From Trichoplax adhaerens (Eukaryota; Animalia; Placozoa): 64,000 nt of DNA. The stretch covers positions 5,365,767-5,429,766 of the forward strand of contig NW_002060949.1 in the NCBI RefSeq assembly GCF_000150275.1, written 5' to 3'. Shown here one piece after another: positions 12,369-24,609 of this stretch (positions within the stretch are counted from its first letter, which is position 1; each line of letters opens with the position of its first letter). The position numbers were made by a program, and so were the translations under genes. The notes beneath the pieces were generated by a model, which saw only the letters and a list, made by a program, of their open reading frames with translations, did no database searches and was not told the origin of the DNA.

Positions 12369-15285
12369 TTAACAACATCTACCAGATTCTTTAGTAACTG
12401 AAGTATTAGATGTTGCATTTAGATTAACTGTGTCCTTATCTTTAGCTTCATCTGCCACACATTTATCATCATTATTCATAATCTGTAAATACAATAAATG
12501 TAAGTCAATACATCATAGTTATTATTAATGGATGAGCGTGAAGAATGTCCATTGGTGATAATATTGATTAATTTATAAAACTAAATACCTTCGATACTAA
12601 AAAATTTGCAGCCTCATCGATGTTGATATTCTCTTTCGCAGACGTTTCAAACCAGCCAGCAAACCCTTTCTCTTTACAATAATTATCTAAAGTTCCTCGA
12701 AAATTTGCGAGACTTTCCATATCTATATCACACTGAAAGACAGATTTTCAGGTATAGTGAGAACAAAAAGGCCCAACCGTTGTCATTGACAAAGTTATGT
12801 GTCAAACATTAAGAATCGTAAACTATACAGTAGTTGCTCAATGTTTGAAACTTACTTTATTTGCCAACAATACTACTGGTATAGCCATATCTTCTCCGAT
12901 GGTAACTTTACTGTCCAAGTCGCTCTTCCACTTTTGCACAGCATCAAATGTTGATGCCCTCGAAATATCGAAAACTATAAAAGCTCCAACCGCTTCCCGA
13001 TAGTAAACCTGAATTTAACCAAATGTACCATAAAATTATCAAATCTACGGACAGAGATAAATAGTAAAACAGCAACAAAAGCAATAAATCTAGCAGACCT
13101 TAAATGCAGTTTGAAATACAGTTACTCATTATCACTTGAAAATACATTCAAATTTTACGAATAGTATGGCTAATTAAAATGATATTTTAGCAAAATTTAC
13201 CCTCGTCATATTTCCGAATCTCTCTTGACCTGAAATTAATAGTATCGATGGTTAACTAATAAGTTACCAATAACTGCTATTTGACTAATTATGGCATACA
13301 ACATATATTGGCGTATAATGGTGTACAATAATTATCAGTTACTAAAAATGAGAATTATTACAGATTCTGTATCTACAAAAAATATGAGAGCGATGGTACA
13401 ACATACACAGCATACCTGCTATATCCCATAGTTGTAACCTTACTACCGAATTGGAATCTTTCCAATCAATGACTTTTAGAGCAAAATCTACACCAATCTA
13501 AAAATTTAAGAATGCTTGATATCAAAAATGTTGGCGCGATTATATCTACCTGTCAATAGATTCATACATACTGTCATCATAAGCTATATTGTGTATCGTA
13601 CAGCTTAGCAACAATAAGGATTGATCTAATTCTGTTACGATTGCACGAAACAATTTGTATAAAATACAGCATTCCATTTACTGCCACTTACCTAATGAAA
13701 CATTTATCACAACGAATATAAGATGCAGTAATAACTAATACTTGTAGTGAATTAGAAGGTGTTATTTTTTTTCAATATTTTTCATTAGCATCATACTATC
13801 ATTTAAATATTAAAAGTGTGACGTCAATCATACCGTAGCTCTATATTGAGTGGAGAAAAACTGATGAACATATCGCTTGATAATACTTGTTTTACCCACT
13901 CCTAGATCACCAATAACTAGGATCTTGTACAGGTATTCTTTTTTTGCTGCAATATTAGCCTAGCAGAAATATTAACTTTTTTTAGTATTATGTAAAAGAT
14001 CAACAACCGTCAGTTTGTCATTACGCGTGTAAACGCGTATAGATATTATTTTATGTACGAGTAGACGAGTATATACATACAATGTTATGCATACCCATAT
14101 ATCGCACTATCTATTACTAAATTACTAACAGTAAATAACGTAATGGGCCAAAATGATATTTATTCTATCAAGAAGACAATAAGGATGGGTACTGGATAGT
14201 GTGTTTGTGTGTGTCCTTCATATCCATGATTTTAAGATTAAATCAAGGCTATGCATAATCGTAAAATGTGAATATACAGTAAATATGATAACATGGGTTC
14301 AACGTAAATGCTATAAAAAACAGTGAAATTATCTGATTTGATCTTGTACCTCGTATAGCACTCTACCGATAAAACTGTATAACATAAGTTGGTATGGCTA
14401 GAGTCTGCAGTATATTTATTATACTCAAAGATAGAGACATGTTGGTAATTTTCGCGTATAGCAGTTTTCTTTTCTTGCATAAATAATTTAACTACTGTAC
14501 AGTATAATACTGAAAGATGCATTTACTTTCAGTGCTATAAATCAATGAAGCTATTCGATTTTAAGGATAGGATCTTCTCTATACCACTTGACCGATAAAA
14601 CTGTGTAACTTTATAAGTTCACATGACTAGAGTCTATCGCACATTGATTCTACTAACGGATACAAGCCTATCGGTTATTTTGGACAATAAATGTTGAAAG
14701 TATATCTGTTGTTGTATATTTGTACTGTATGTAGTGCAGAGCTGTATATCGTATATCTTATGATTTTGGGGCAAAGTGGGCAAGAAAGGTAATTACTGTA
14801 GGGTGTATTATAGTGATTGATGACGGCAGGCAATGGAAAATACGCGTGTGGAAGACTAATTCATTTTTCAGTGCAAAGCGTTGATGGAATATTTCAATTT
14901 GTAAAAGTATCAATGTTATTTGACCCCCTTTCAAGAATGCACAATAGTAATAGAAAAATAAATAAGCCAATAGATATCTGTTTAGTAATCAGTAAATATG
15001 ATTGGGGTTATTATTTGCTAGAAATTTGGCGTTTACTATCTTCTGTAAGCCATGAGTTATATCACCTATACAACGATTGGTGATAATGGAACATTTTAGG
15101 CATATAACTCATGGCTTAACAATCTAATCTATACAGTAGTATGGTCTTACTCTCGTCAGTATACGACTACTGCACTGATTGGAAGAGGGGGCGCTATTTG
15201 CAAGGAATACGAAGCTGAGATGATATGTATGATTCAAGCAGGCTAGTTGATGAACTGTTTCACGGTCAATAGACAATGAATGCAT
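12369..15285 (-). CDS. RAB32: Rab32/Rab38-family small GTPase
   Basis: Exons 13959-13834, 13497-13416, 13229-13201, 13008-12856, 12732-12589 and 12482-12369 encode GDLGVGKTS, YRATIGVDF, LQLWDIAGQERFGNMTR (WDIAGQE is the Rab32/38/29 signature), NKCD, ETSAK and a C-terminal CC. The first exon 15285-15151 (ATG, in-frame GTAAGA donor) is tentative. Confidence 0.92.
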
Positions 15286-16114
15286 TTACGAAGGTCTTGC
15301 GAGTTTTATCAATGGAGACCATGGCATCAATAAATCTTCTACAGTACAAGAATTAACGATACATGCGATCTAGGGCAAGAAGATGCGCCATCCACTCTAC
15401 CGTTTCAGTAGCATCGCATTTAGTCGATGAATACACTATGCGTTGTGGGATCTGAACTTGTAGAAAAATGCAATTGATTCCATTGGACACTTGCTAGCCT
15501 ACATATGCCTCTCTAAATAGTGAATAGACACATCAATATATTGTGGTTTAGTGTTATAAGACATGAAGAAGCAATATCATCTTGGGCAATATGTAGTCAA
15601 TGGATGATGAACCAATGCTGTCATCCTCCTCCATGATTGTATTTATTGACAGTGACTACCAATATTGACCTAAGCAGCAGCTATCGTAACCTGTAGTACA
15701 GTACAAATACATTTGTATACCAACCATAACAGAATCCAATGGAGACACAACAACTGAGTGGCTGTCTATCGATCGATTGTCTTTCTTCTTGACGTTGAAC
15801 GATTGAAAAGTAAAGGAAACAAGGCAAGAAAGCAAATCCAGCTAGGTAATCCTCCTTGGCTGTGATGTTGTTCGTTGAAAGCAAATACTATGCAGAAATT
15901 GGTAGTTGTGTATTTTTTTTTTTTTCTACAGCATCTGCAGTTGCGTACGATACCATTCGGCGTTGTGACATCACTGACATGGTCCATCGACACCGTACTC
16001 CACCCTAGTGCTAGTGTCATACACTATTACACACTAGTACTAGTGTCATACACTATTGCGTCATAAAATATCCCATGGACGATTGGACATGCTGACACTC
16101 AGCAGTCCGATGTC

Positions 16115-16835
16115 GTACAGTGTACAGTGTGTCGTACTGTACAATACATGACCACACCCACACCATACTGTACAGTACAGTACAGTACTGTACTGTAAGA
16201 AACATAAAAGAGGTTGACTCGCTTTTTCTTCCGCCAGCGGATCATGGGTTACACGCATGATTCTCTGAGCTGGATTTTCTTTTCTAGTAGCCCTACAGAC
16301 TGACAGAGTCGACCGACAGAGCTGGATTTTTCTTTTCTACAGTAGTAGCCCTATACTCAGTGAGCTCTGCTGTACAGTGTACAGTGTACAGTACTCGCAT
16401 CGACTTCAGTACTGTAGACTGTACTGTACTGTACTGTACTGTACTCTAAACATGATTCTCTGAGCTGGATTTTCTTTTCTAGTAGCCCTACAGACTGACA
16501 GAGACGACCGACAGAGCTGGATTTTTCTTTTCTAGTAGCCCTAATAGCCCTATACTGTACTGTACACAGTGAGCTCTGCTGTACAGTGTACACTGTACAG
16601 TACTCGTATCAACTTCAGTACTGTAGACTGTACAGTACAGTACTGTACTCTGAATATGATTCTCTGAGCTGGATTTTTCTTTTCTAGTAGCCTTACAGTG
16701 ACTCAATGGGCTCTGCTGTACAGTACAGTACAGTACAGTGTACAATGTACTGTACTGTACACTCAGTGAGCTCTGCCGTACAGTGTACAGTGTACAGTAC
16801 TTGGACTCTCGACTACAGTACTATGGACTGTACTC
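16115..16835. repeat. Composite tandem repeat (3 units of about 200 bp) interlaced with (TACAG)n/(CTGTA)n microsatellite
   Basis: ATGATTCTCTGAGCTGGATTTT...TCTAGTAGCC at about 16257, 16452 and 16657; inverted pentamer runs such as TACAGTACAGTACAGTACTGTACTGTA. Confidence 0.9.
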
Positions 16836-16995
16836 GAGAACACTACAGACCAGGCTCATACTGACATACTGTATGAGCATGGTCTCTAGTGTTATCTAGT
16901 GTCTAATCTAGTGTAATCTAGTGCAATCTTATGATAAAATCCGTAAGCTAGCCAATCAGTCACTCCATCGGTAATTCTGTCCTCAGCGAACCAAA

Positions 16996-19599
16996 ATGGC
17001 TACTCCTACTCGGGTAAATAAAACAGATAGAATTAAATACAATTTGTAACTATAGGATAGAGTAGAGAGGGTAACTTGCAAGTAAAAAGTCTTTACACTG
17101 ATTCAAAAGGATGTTGCATTCTAGAATAGGACTAACACGGTTTCTAATTGTTCATAGATGGAATTTGCAGTACACATGACATGCAACACTTGCGTCGACA
17201 AGGTTAAGGATGCTCTCAATGGTGTTGAAGGTGAGCTCTTGGTGTCGATAGTAGTCATACTTGCATACGTTTTGAATTCTATCATATCCATAGCTTGTAT
17301 CATCCTACGAATTAGAGTGTTAACGATCCTTGCAACTGTCTATAAAACCACACCATTACACTGTGTTAGAAGAAAAATTGGGCACTAGACCCTCTGCCGT
17401 TGTCTGCTGTACCTGTAATCATGGTACATGTTACATTTAAAAGCTTCAGAATATTACACTAGCTCGTCCGGTACTATCCCAATAAATGACATAGGCGTAT
17501 ATATGCATGCTTATTAAACACCGCAACATCATTTTCGTAAACTGAATAATATTTTAAAGTGACAAATGAATAAGCAGAAGTTATTATTACTCTCCATATC
17601 AAACACTGTTTCAAAATTGAGCCATGATCTTGCTCATCACAAAATGCACAGGTCGCGTCGACAACAATTCGCTACAGCACCGCACCATGGGTATTGTAAT
17701 TCAAGGCTGAATTTTAGTCAATGTATAGTCCATAGTCCAATCTTTCTTTGCTAATCTCTTACTGTACAGTACGCCCTCTTACAGGATAACTGTAATCGCT
17801 TAAACCATATATTGTTTGTTTAGTATGTAATGCAATCATAATAATACGTAGTTGTAATGCAACCATAATAATAAGTAGTGGTCCAAACATTACCCTATAC
17901 TTGTTACAATATTTGTATACTGTATCATGGTCTATGAAATACTCCCCAAGGGAAGTATTTCGTAGTCCATGACTGTATACTACATCAGGATTATGAATTG
18001 ATTTGTAGCTATGCGAATACATTTAAATTTCTTTCTACTCAAAGTAAGTCATCTATCAGTTTAATTGAATAATCGATAGTACAATGGTGAACTTTAATAC
18101 TGTTTACCGCTTTAGCTTAAATGCTTCGTCGCCGTAGTAATAACTATTTTTAAATTAACCCGTACAGTATCTAGCAAAGTCTCAGCTAATGGCAGTGCTG
18201 TATATTTACTGCTTACACATAAACTTTCAAATAACAAGAGTTGCAACCTGTAAAGATACGTAACCACCTAGCTAACGATTGTTTGTTGATTGTTGCAGGT
18301 ATAGACAACTACATGATAAGTTTAGCTGAAGAGCAAGTCATAATTGATAGCGCTCTACCAATGGCACAACTACATAATCTACTTGTTACAACCGGATTAA
18401 CAGTTATAATGAGAGGTCAAGGAGCTGCAACCGAAGGTAATAATAGTCTACGATTAATCTCTAATTGCTACTAATGTGGTCTATGACGAAATGAATAGGT
18501 TAACCAAAGTAATTTAAAAGTAAATTTACTTATACATGTGCATCACTTGCTGTCGCTACTCGCACGATCAATCCTGACATAATGGATAGAATTACACAGC
18601 AGTCGGATGGACTGTCATTTAGTACTTGGTTCGTATATGACATCATATCGCCTGTTGCATATTAATATTATAGGTGCCTCACATCTAGGAGCTGCTGTTT
18701 CAATATTATCTGGCACAAGTGTTAAGGGATTAGTACGATTTACACAGGTATCTACGGTAGCTACAATTGCAGCTAGTAAGAATACCTAGCAACTATTTAA
18801 GATAGTAATTGTACAGTATTATCATAGATCTATATTCCTTCCTTTGCTATTTCTAGTTATCAGCTGATAAATGCATGATAGAGGGTACCGTAGACAATCT
18901 AAGACCTGGTAATTATGATATCAAAATTCATGAATACGGTGATTTATCGGATGGTTGCAATAAGTAAGTAAACGTACAAAAGTGTAATAGACACTATGAT
19001 TTAGACTAACAATGTCCTACAAAATACCTATCATTAAGTTCATTTATTCATATGGTTATAGTTGTGGAGATATTTTTAATCCATATGAATATCCTCATGG
19101 CAACAACAATACTTCTGCTAGAGTAAGCTACAGTTATAGCTTTAAAATTAGCCAATTATGAGAAAATCAACTTCTAGCTTTCCGAACAATATTAAGTAGA
19201 TGCTGAATTTTGCTCTAACCTATCTTTACTATATCAGAAATTGGGTGATATTGGTAGCATGACTGCAAATAAGAACGGTCGCGCAATGTTCAGAATTGAA
19301 GATGACACAGTCAAAGTCTGGGACGTCATTGGTCGTTCGGTTATTATTCATGATAAACAAGTAGAATCCAGTGGTAAATCTTTGGCTTCTAGGTACATTA
19401 GGTTATGTGTTGGATTTGCACGTAAGGCCTGTGTATGATTTTTTGACTTTAATTTTTGCATTGTCGCAGAATCACATGTGGAATTATTGCAAGATCTGCT
19501 GGATTATTTGAAAATTCCAAGAAGTTTTGTGCTTGTGATGGGAAAACATTATGGGAAGATAAGCCATTAACTAACAAAAGCCCACAAGCATCTTTATAA
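16996..19599 (+). CDS. CCS: Copper chaperone for superoxide dismutase
   Basis: Domain I MTCNTC (MxCxxC, HMA fold); SOD-like domain II IHEYGDL...KVWDVIGRS; domain [25 protein letters not shown] (CxC). ATG at 16996, TAA at 19597-19599. Confidence 0.95.
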
Positions 19600-20261
19600 T
19601 TTGATACACTGCTCAGCTAAAATATCATCATATTACCCATCACTAACAAATGATCAATTTTTTTAGCTACTTAAAATTGAGAATAGATTACTAAATGTTG
19701 TAAGCCGAGTCATTCTATCTATCAAATAATACTTATTACGAGATAAATCAGATGCTTTACTACTTGAAAATTAAAATGATTTCTGATCAAAGTTAACACT
19801 ATAGCATAATTTATGGTATTTAAATGAAGTTTATGATAAATGTAACTGATGCATTATTGATTACAAATCGAATCATAATAATCAAGACTGTTAGGATTAG
19901 GTCTTTCCAAAATGCCTGTATGAATTAATCACCCCAGCCTTTTGATCTGACAATATAAGTCGTTGCATAAATGTTCGTAATTTTATTTAAATAGTTTATT
20001 TAAAAAGATTTTCAATATAATAAGATTAACGACATAAATCTCTGTTTGTCATTTTTTAATTGTATAACGAATTCTTGTTTAACATACCGGATTGGGTTTA
20101 CGAAATAGAACGCAAAATAACTGAGCCCGAATCACTTAAAAAAAATGTTTCGTAAAGCAAGCACTAGTTACTGGGATATAATAAATTACGTTACGCTTAG
20201 CTAGCGACATTGCAGTAATGCTAATCGTAAAGTGAACTATCCAGATTGACATTTTTTAAGT

Positions 20262-22571
20262 CTAATTTCTACCAGGTAAACGATTAATTTGACGTTCAAT
20301 AACGATAGTCCCACTAATAATGTCATATGCGGTTCTTCCATGCTTGAATAACATAATTGTTAAAATAACAGGAAAGAAAAACATGGTAGAAAAGTTCTTT
20401 ATCACAGACCTCATGATAGACCTATATTGAAAAAGCGATACGGTGTTAAGTTTGAGCGTGACATACAACTATGAGAGGACAATGAATTATAAGGAGATAG
20501 GGCTTTCATTATTCAGTAGTAATAACACATTGCTAAGACTAGAAGTATTCTTGGTTAAATGTTACCTAGTTCTATGTTAATGTAAACAGAATCAGTATAC
20601 ATATTCAAATTTAATTTATCAAACCTTTGCCAGTTTAAACTATCTCCTGGAAATACTTGTACGTATCCGTGATTGTTTCCTGTATTGCCATCATCGATAA
20701 TAGCATCACATGCAATTACCTGTATACCAACAATTAACTTCCCAATTGTCATACCGTTACCAACGCCTTTGTACAGGCAAATAGTCTTCAATGAAGAGTA
20801 ATATTTACACGTCATATAATTTTAAAAACTTTCAAGTATATTAGGGCTATGCACAATTGTATCAGCCAATAAAGTTACGTGATTGATTAATGTTATATTA
20901 AGAGTAAGTAAACCCCACGATAACGCTTGTTAGAGAATAGAATTACGGCAAAGTTGCATTGCTACTGCTGCTTAGCTGTACACTGTAAGTCTATATGCCA
21001 TAGATACAGTATAATAAAGACTGCATAATAATCCAGGTCGTACATATTGGAATAATCCAGCAGAAAATAGCAATTATAACTCTTTATCGATACCATACAG
21101 TAGGTTAAAATACAGTAACTACGAGTCTGTGAGCACACAAGAGTCTAATCAAACCTAATACGTAACATAGCTGCTTATCCTATAGATTAATTTATGTTAG
21201 CATATAGTAAATACCATTTAACAGTACAGTACATTGTAAAAGCTCTATTTGTTAAAGCTTCTCTAGAAGTAACCATTAGTAATAACTTAGCACTAACAGG
21301 GACTACTAAAACACGTAATTTCTAGCATAACTATCCTAAAATATACAGTAGACATTTTATGTTACCTTACATACCTCAATAATGAAGACAAATATTCTAT
21401 AAAATATCGCGTAAACGATAATCAATTGTAAATCTTCGGCGTTGTATCTATCTTCTATTAAAACACGCAATTGTGCTTGAGAGAATTTAGCTTCGATCCT
21501 GTTTAGACCCGAAAAATAAAGATACATTTAAAAAAAAGTAGTCTTTAAAGCTACAGTACAAGTATACAGTATAGTAACTATTCTGAGGATAGTGAAAAGA
21601 AATGACTTTCTGAAATTGATTGGCAATACATTACTGAATGAATCTTAAAAATAGGTCGTATACAGTAGACGTTTGCAATATCAAATTATTGGACTGTATC
21701 TAATTTACTATCAACTACAATACAATAGCAATTGCAGCACTAGCTTTATGGCTTGAAGATAAGCAAGGTGATCAATGCTGACGAATAACCAATTTCATTG
21801 TGATTGATATTAGATACTAAAATCAAATCAGTTTGACAAAAGTAATTACTGAATTGTTTGGAATTATCAATATGAAAACTCACCCGTGATAAGACAATAT
21901 CATGGTTTTAACTGTGAAGATTATGAGAAAGTCAATCATTTCAGCAAATACCCTTTTTGCAAGACTTGCAGGTTTAACTCCTATTCAATAAAAACAAGTA
22001 TTCAATCCAAGCTATTCGCTGTAAACATGCACTAAAATATTGATGTAGACGTGTAACAATTTTCTTCATGTACGAATATCTACATTAGATGTATATCGTT
22101 AACAGGTACACTGGTACAGTACAGTGCTCCATTAGATAAAATGCATGTAGTGACTAATGATTCAATCTACAAGTCAGTCTTTAGCTAAATGAGAGCAATT
22201 TCCAAACCTTGCTGTCTATTGAGGAGACGAGTTGTGCGCCTGATGTGAGTTGACGAATTGGTATTGGTTGTACTTGGTGATTGATTGCTATTGGGCTGAT
22301 TTCTGTTTATTTGGTTGTTTTTGTAATAATTATTATAATGTAATAATGCCATATAATGATTGTAGTAATAGTAGTAGTAGAAATAATATTGCCATATCCT
22401 AGTCAACGTGTGGATATCGTTTTTATTTACACCGTGATTATGATCACCGCCATTATTTTTGGCTTCATTTTGATTGTCTGGCGTATCTTTTCCCCCTTGA
22501 TCGTTCTCCTCCTTTTGGTTTCTTTGTTTTAAATCGTTATCGTTCTGACGGCTGCCAACGGATGTCGCCAT
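20262..22571 (-). CDS. FAM8A1: FAM8A1-like RDD-domain membrane protein
   Basis: KPASLAKRVFAEMIDFLIIF, GMTIGKLIVGIQVIAC and RSVIKNFS...RTAYDIISGTIV are RDD motifs as in FAM8A1; low-complexity N-terminus. Confidence 0.8.
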
Positions 22572-22849
22572 GATGCTAATTTGCGCAATAAATAATACTA
22601 TTTCTCCCTTGTTTTTAGATTGTTATTAAATATAAAGTCATAATCAAGTGGATTTTATAAGCCACAGTCGAGTTTCGCGTTAGTAATACTAATCTTCGCT
22701 CAACAACTGTAAGACGTCCACTGGCACTTGTGACTTGTGACTAGGTTACCTGGGTAATATACTGTAGGCTCTTCCGTCCGTCCCATACACATGGTAGACT
22801 GTATCACACACCCGGCAATATACAGTATACTACCCGGCCATAACCTTGT

Positions 22850-23795
22850 CAAAATATCATTCCTGTAGAATTTCTATTAGGACTACAAATGTCAAGCGGA
22901 GAAGAGATTTTTCTCTGATCTCTATAAATGACGAATAACCCAGCGTATATATTGAATAAAATATTCCATATTTTGCCTAAAAAATCTATAGTGAGATACT
23001 AACGTTGGCCTACTGTGTACTCAGTGTGCAGTACTGTGAAGTCACGGCAGTGTACGTCTATACTGCAATATAGTACGCGTCAAAATGGGATTCCTTCACA
23101 ATTTCGATTAGGACTACAAATGCCAAGTGGAGAAGAGATTTTCCTCTGACCTCTATACATTACGAATAACTACCTACATACTGAATAAAATATTCTATAT
23201 TTTACCGTAAAAATCGACAGCGTTGGCCCATTGTAGACTTAGTGTGCAGTCACTGCAGAATACCACTATACTGTAATATACTGTAGTATGCGTCAAAATG
23301 GGATTCCTTCACAATTTCTATTAGGACTAGAAATGTCAAGAGGAGAAGAGATTTTCTTCTGATCTCTATACATTACGAATAACTTTACCTACATATTATA
23401 AATAAAATATTTCTATGTCAAAAATCTATAGTGAAATATTTACGTTGGCCTATTATGGACTCAGTCTGCAGTCATTGCAGTGTATAATATAGTACGCGTC
23501 GAAATGTGATTTTTCACAATTTCTATTAGAACTAGAAATATCAAAGATCTTCCCTTAGTCTCTATAATTACGAATAGCCCTACATACATATTGAATAAAA
23601 TATTCTATATTTTGTCTTAACCTATAGCGAAATACAAACGTTGGCCCACTTGGACTCAGCGTGCAGTCATTGTAGTATACTGTACACTAGTATAATACTC
23701 TTATAGTACGCGTCAAAATGGGATTTCTTCACAATTTCTATTAGGACTAGAAAAAGGCAAAGCAGAGAAGAGATTTCACCTAATCTCTATGTCTA
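22850..23795. repeat. Tandem array of about 4.5 units (205-232 bp)
   Basis: AATTTC(T/G)ATTAG(G/A)ACTA(C/G)AAA at about 22869, 23100, 23313, 23518 and 23733; shared ACGCGTCAAAATGGGATT and GAATAAAATATTC blocks. Confidence 0.92.
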
Positions 23796-24609
23796 CTGTA
23801 GTATGAGCAAGCAGCAAAGAGCAGTATAGTGGTCATGATACAATATGGAAAGACTCTAGTACAGTATAGAAAGCTTTTAGACTTGACTACTATGTGATAC
23901 TAGCTAGAATAATATTTAGAGCTAGTTTAATTAAAGAATCGACTAATTTAGATCAGATAGTGCGTACTGATAGTGAGTAAAACACAAATAAATATTTCAA
24001 TTAATTAATAACAATAATCAGAAATCTTATTCGCACGCCATAGTGTGCGAATTCAGCAAGTAGTATAATAAAATGAGTAATATAGATAGTAGTAACATCT
24101 TAAGGGTAGAATACTATAAACTGATGATAAGGGTATCTAGTTCTAAAAAACTGATAGATGAGTCGTACATGCAAATCGACCCCAAATTAAAAAATTGCAT
24201 TCATCACTCTCGATATAGAATTGCAAGTATATTTCTATTTTATTCCATTTTAAGTTCCATTGGACTATTATAAAGTGATACGAAGTTGCTTAATAAATTC
24301 AATTCAATTAATCCCTTCACAAATTTTTGTTTTTCCCAAACAGGAATCGTGTTCTCAAGAATGGATCATTTACGTGAAATCCATTGCTAATAAGATCTAC
24401 GTACATTAGCGAATCCAACAAAGACAGTCTTCATTTACATTATACCAGCACATACAGCTAATTAAGGATAAAACTGCAATCATCGTAGAAATCGTCGAAT
24501 ATCTTATTACAGTAGGAAAGATCATGAATCAGCTTAATCAATCAGAATAGAATTATCGTACGAGAAATATAAATGATCCATTCAAACTGCTAAATTGACC
24601 CAGGAGTAT

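Noticed and set aside
22366-22392. Poly-Tyr run in FAM8A1
   Set aside because: Likely low-complexity TAT/TAC slippage in a variable region; no evidence of function.
22850-23795. CRISPR-like appearance of regularly spaced repeats (also at 9 kb and 16 kb)
   Set aside because: Whole units are homologous, there are no unique spacers or cas genes, and the context is eukaryotic.
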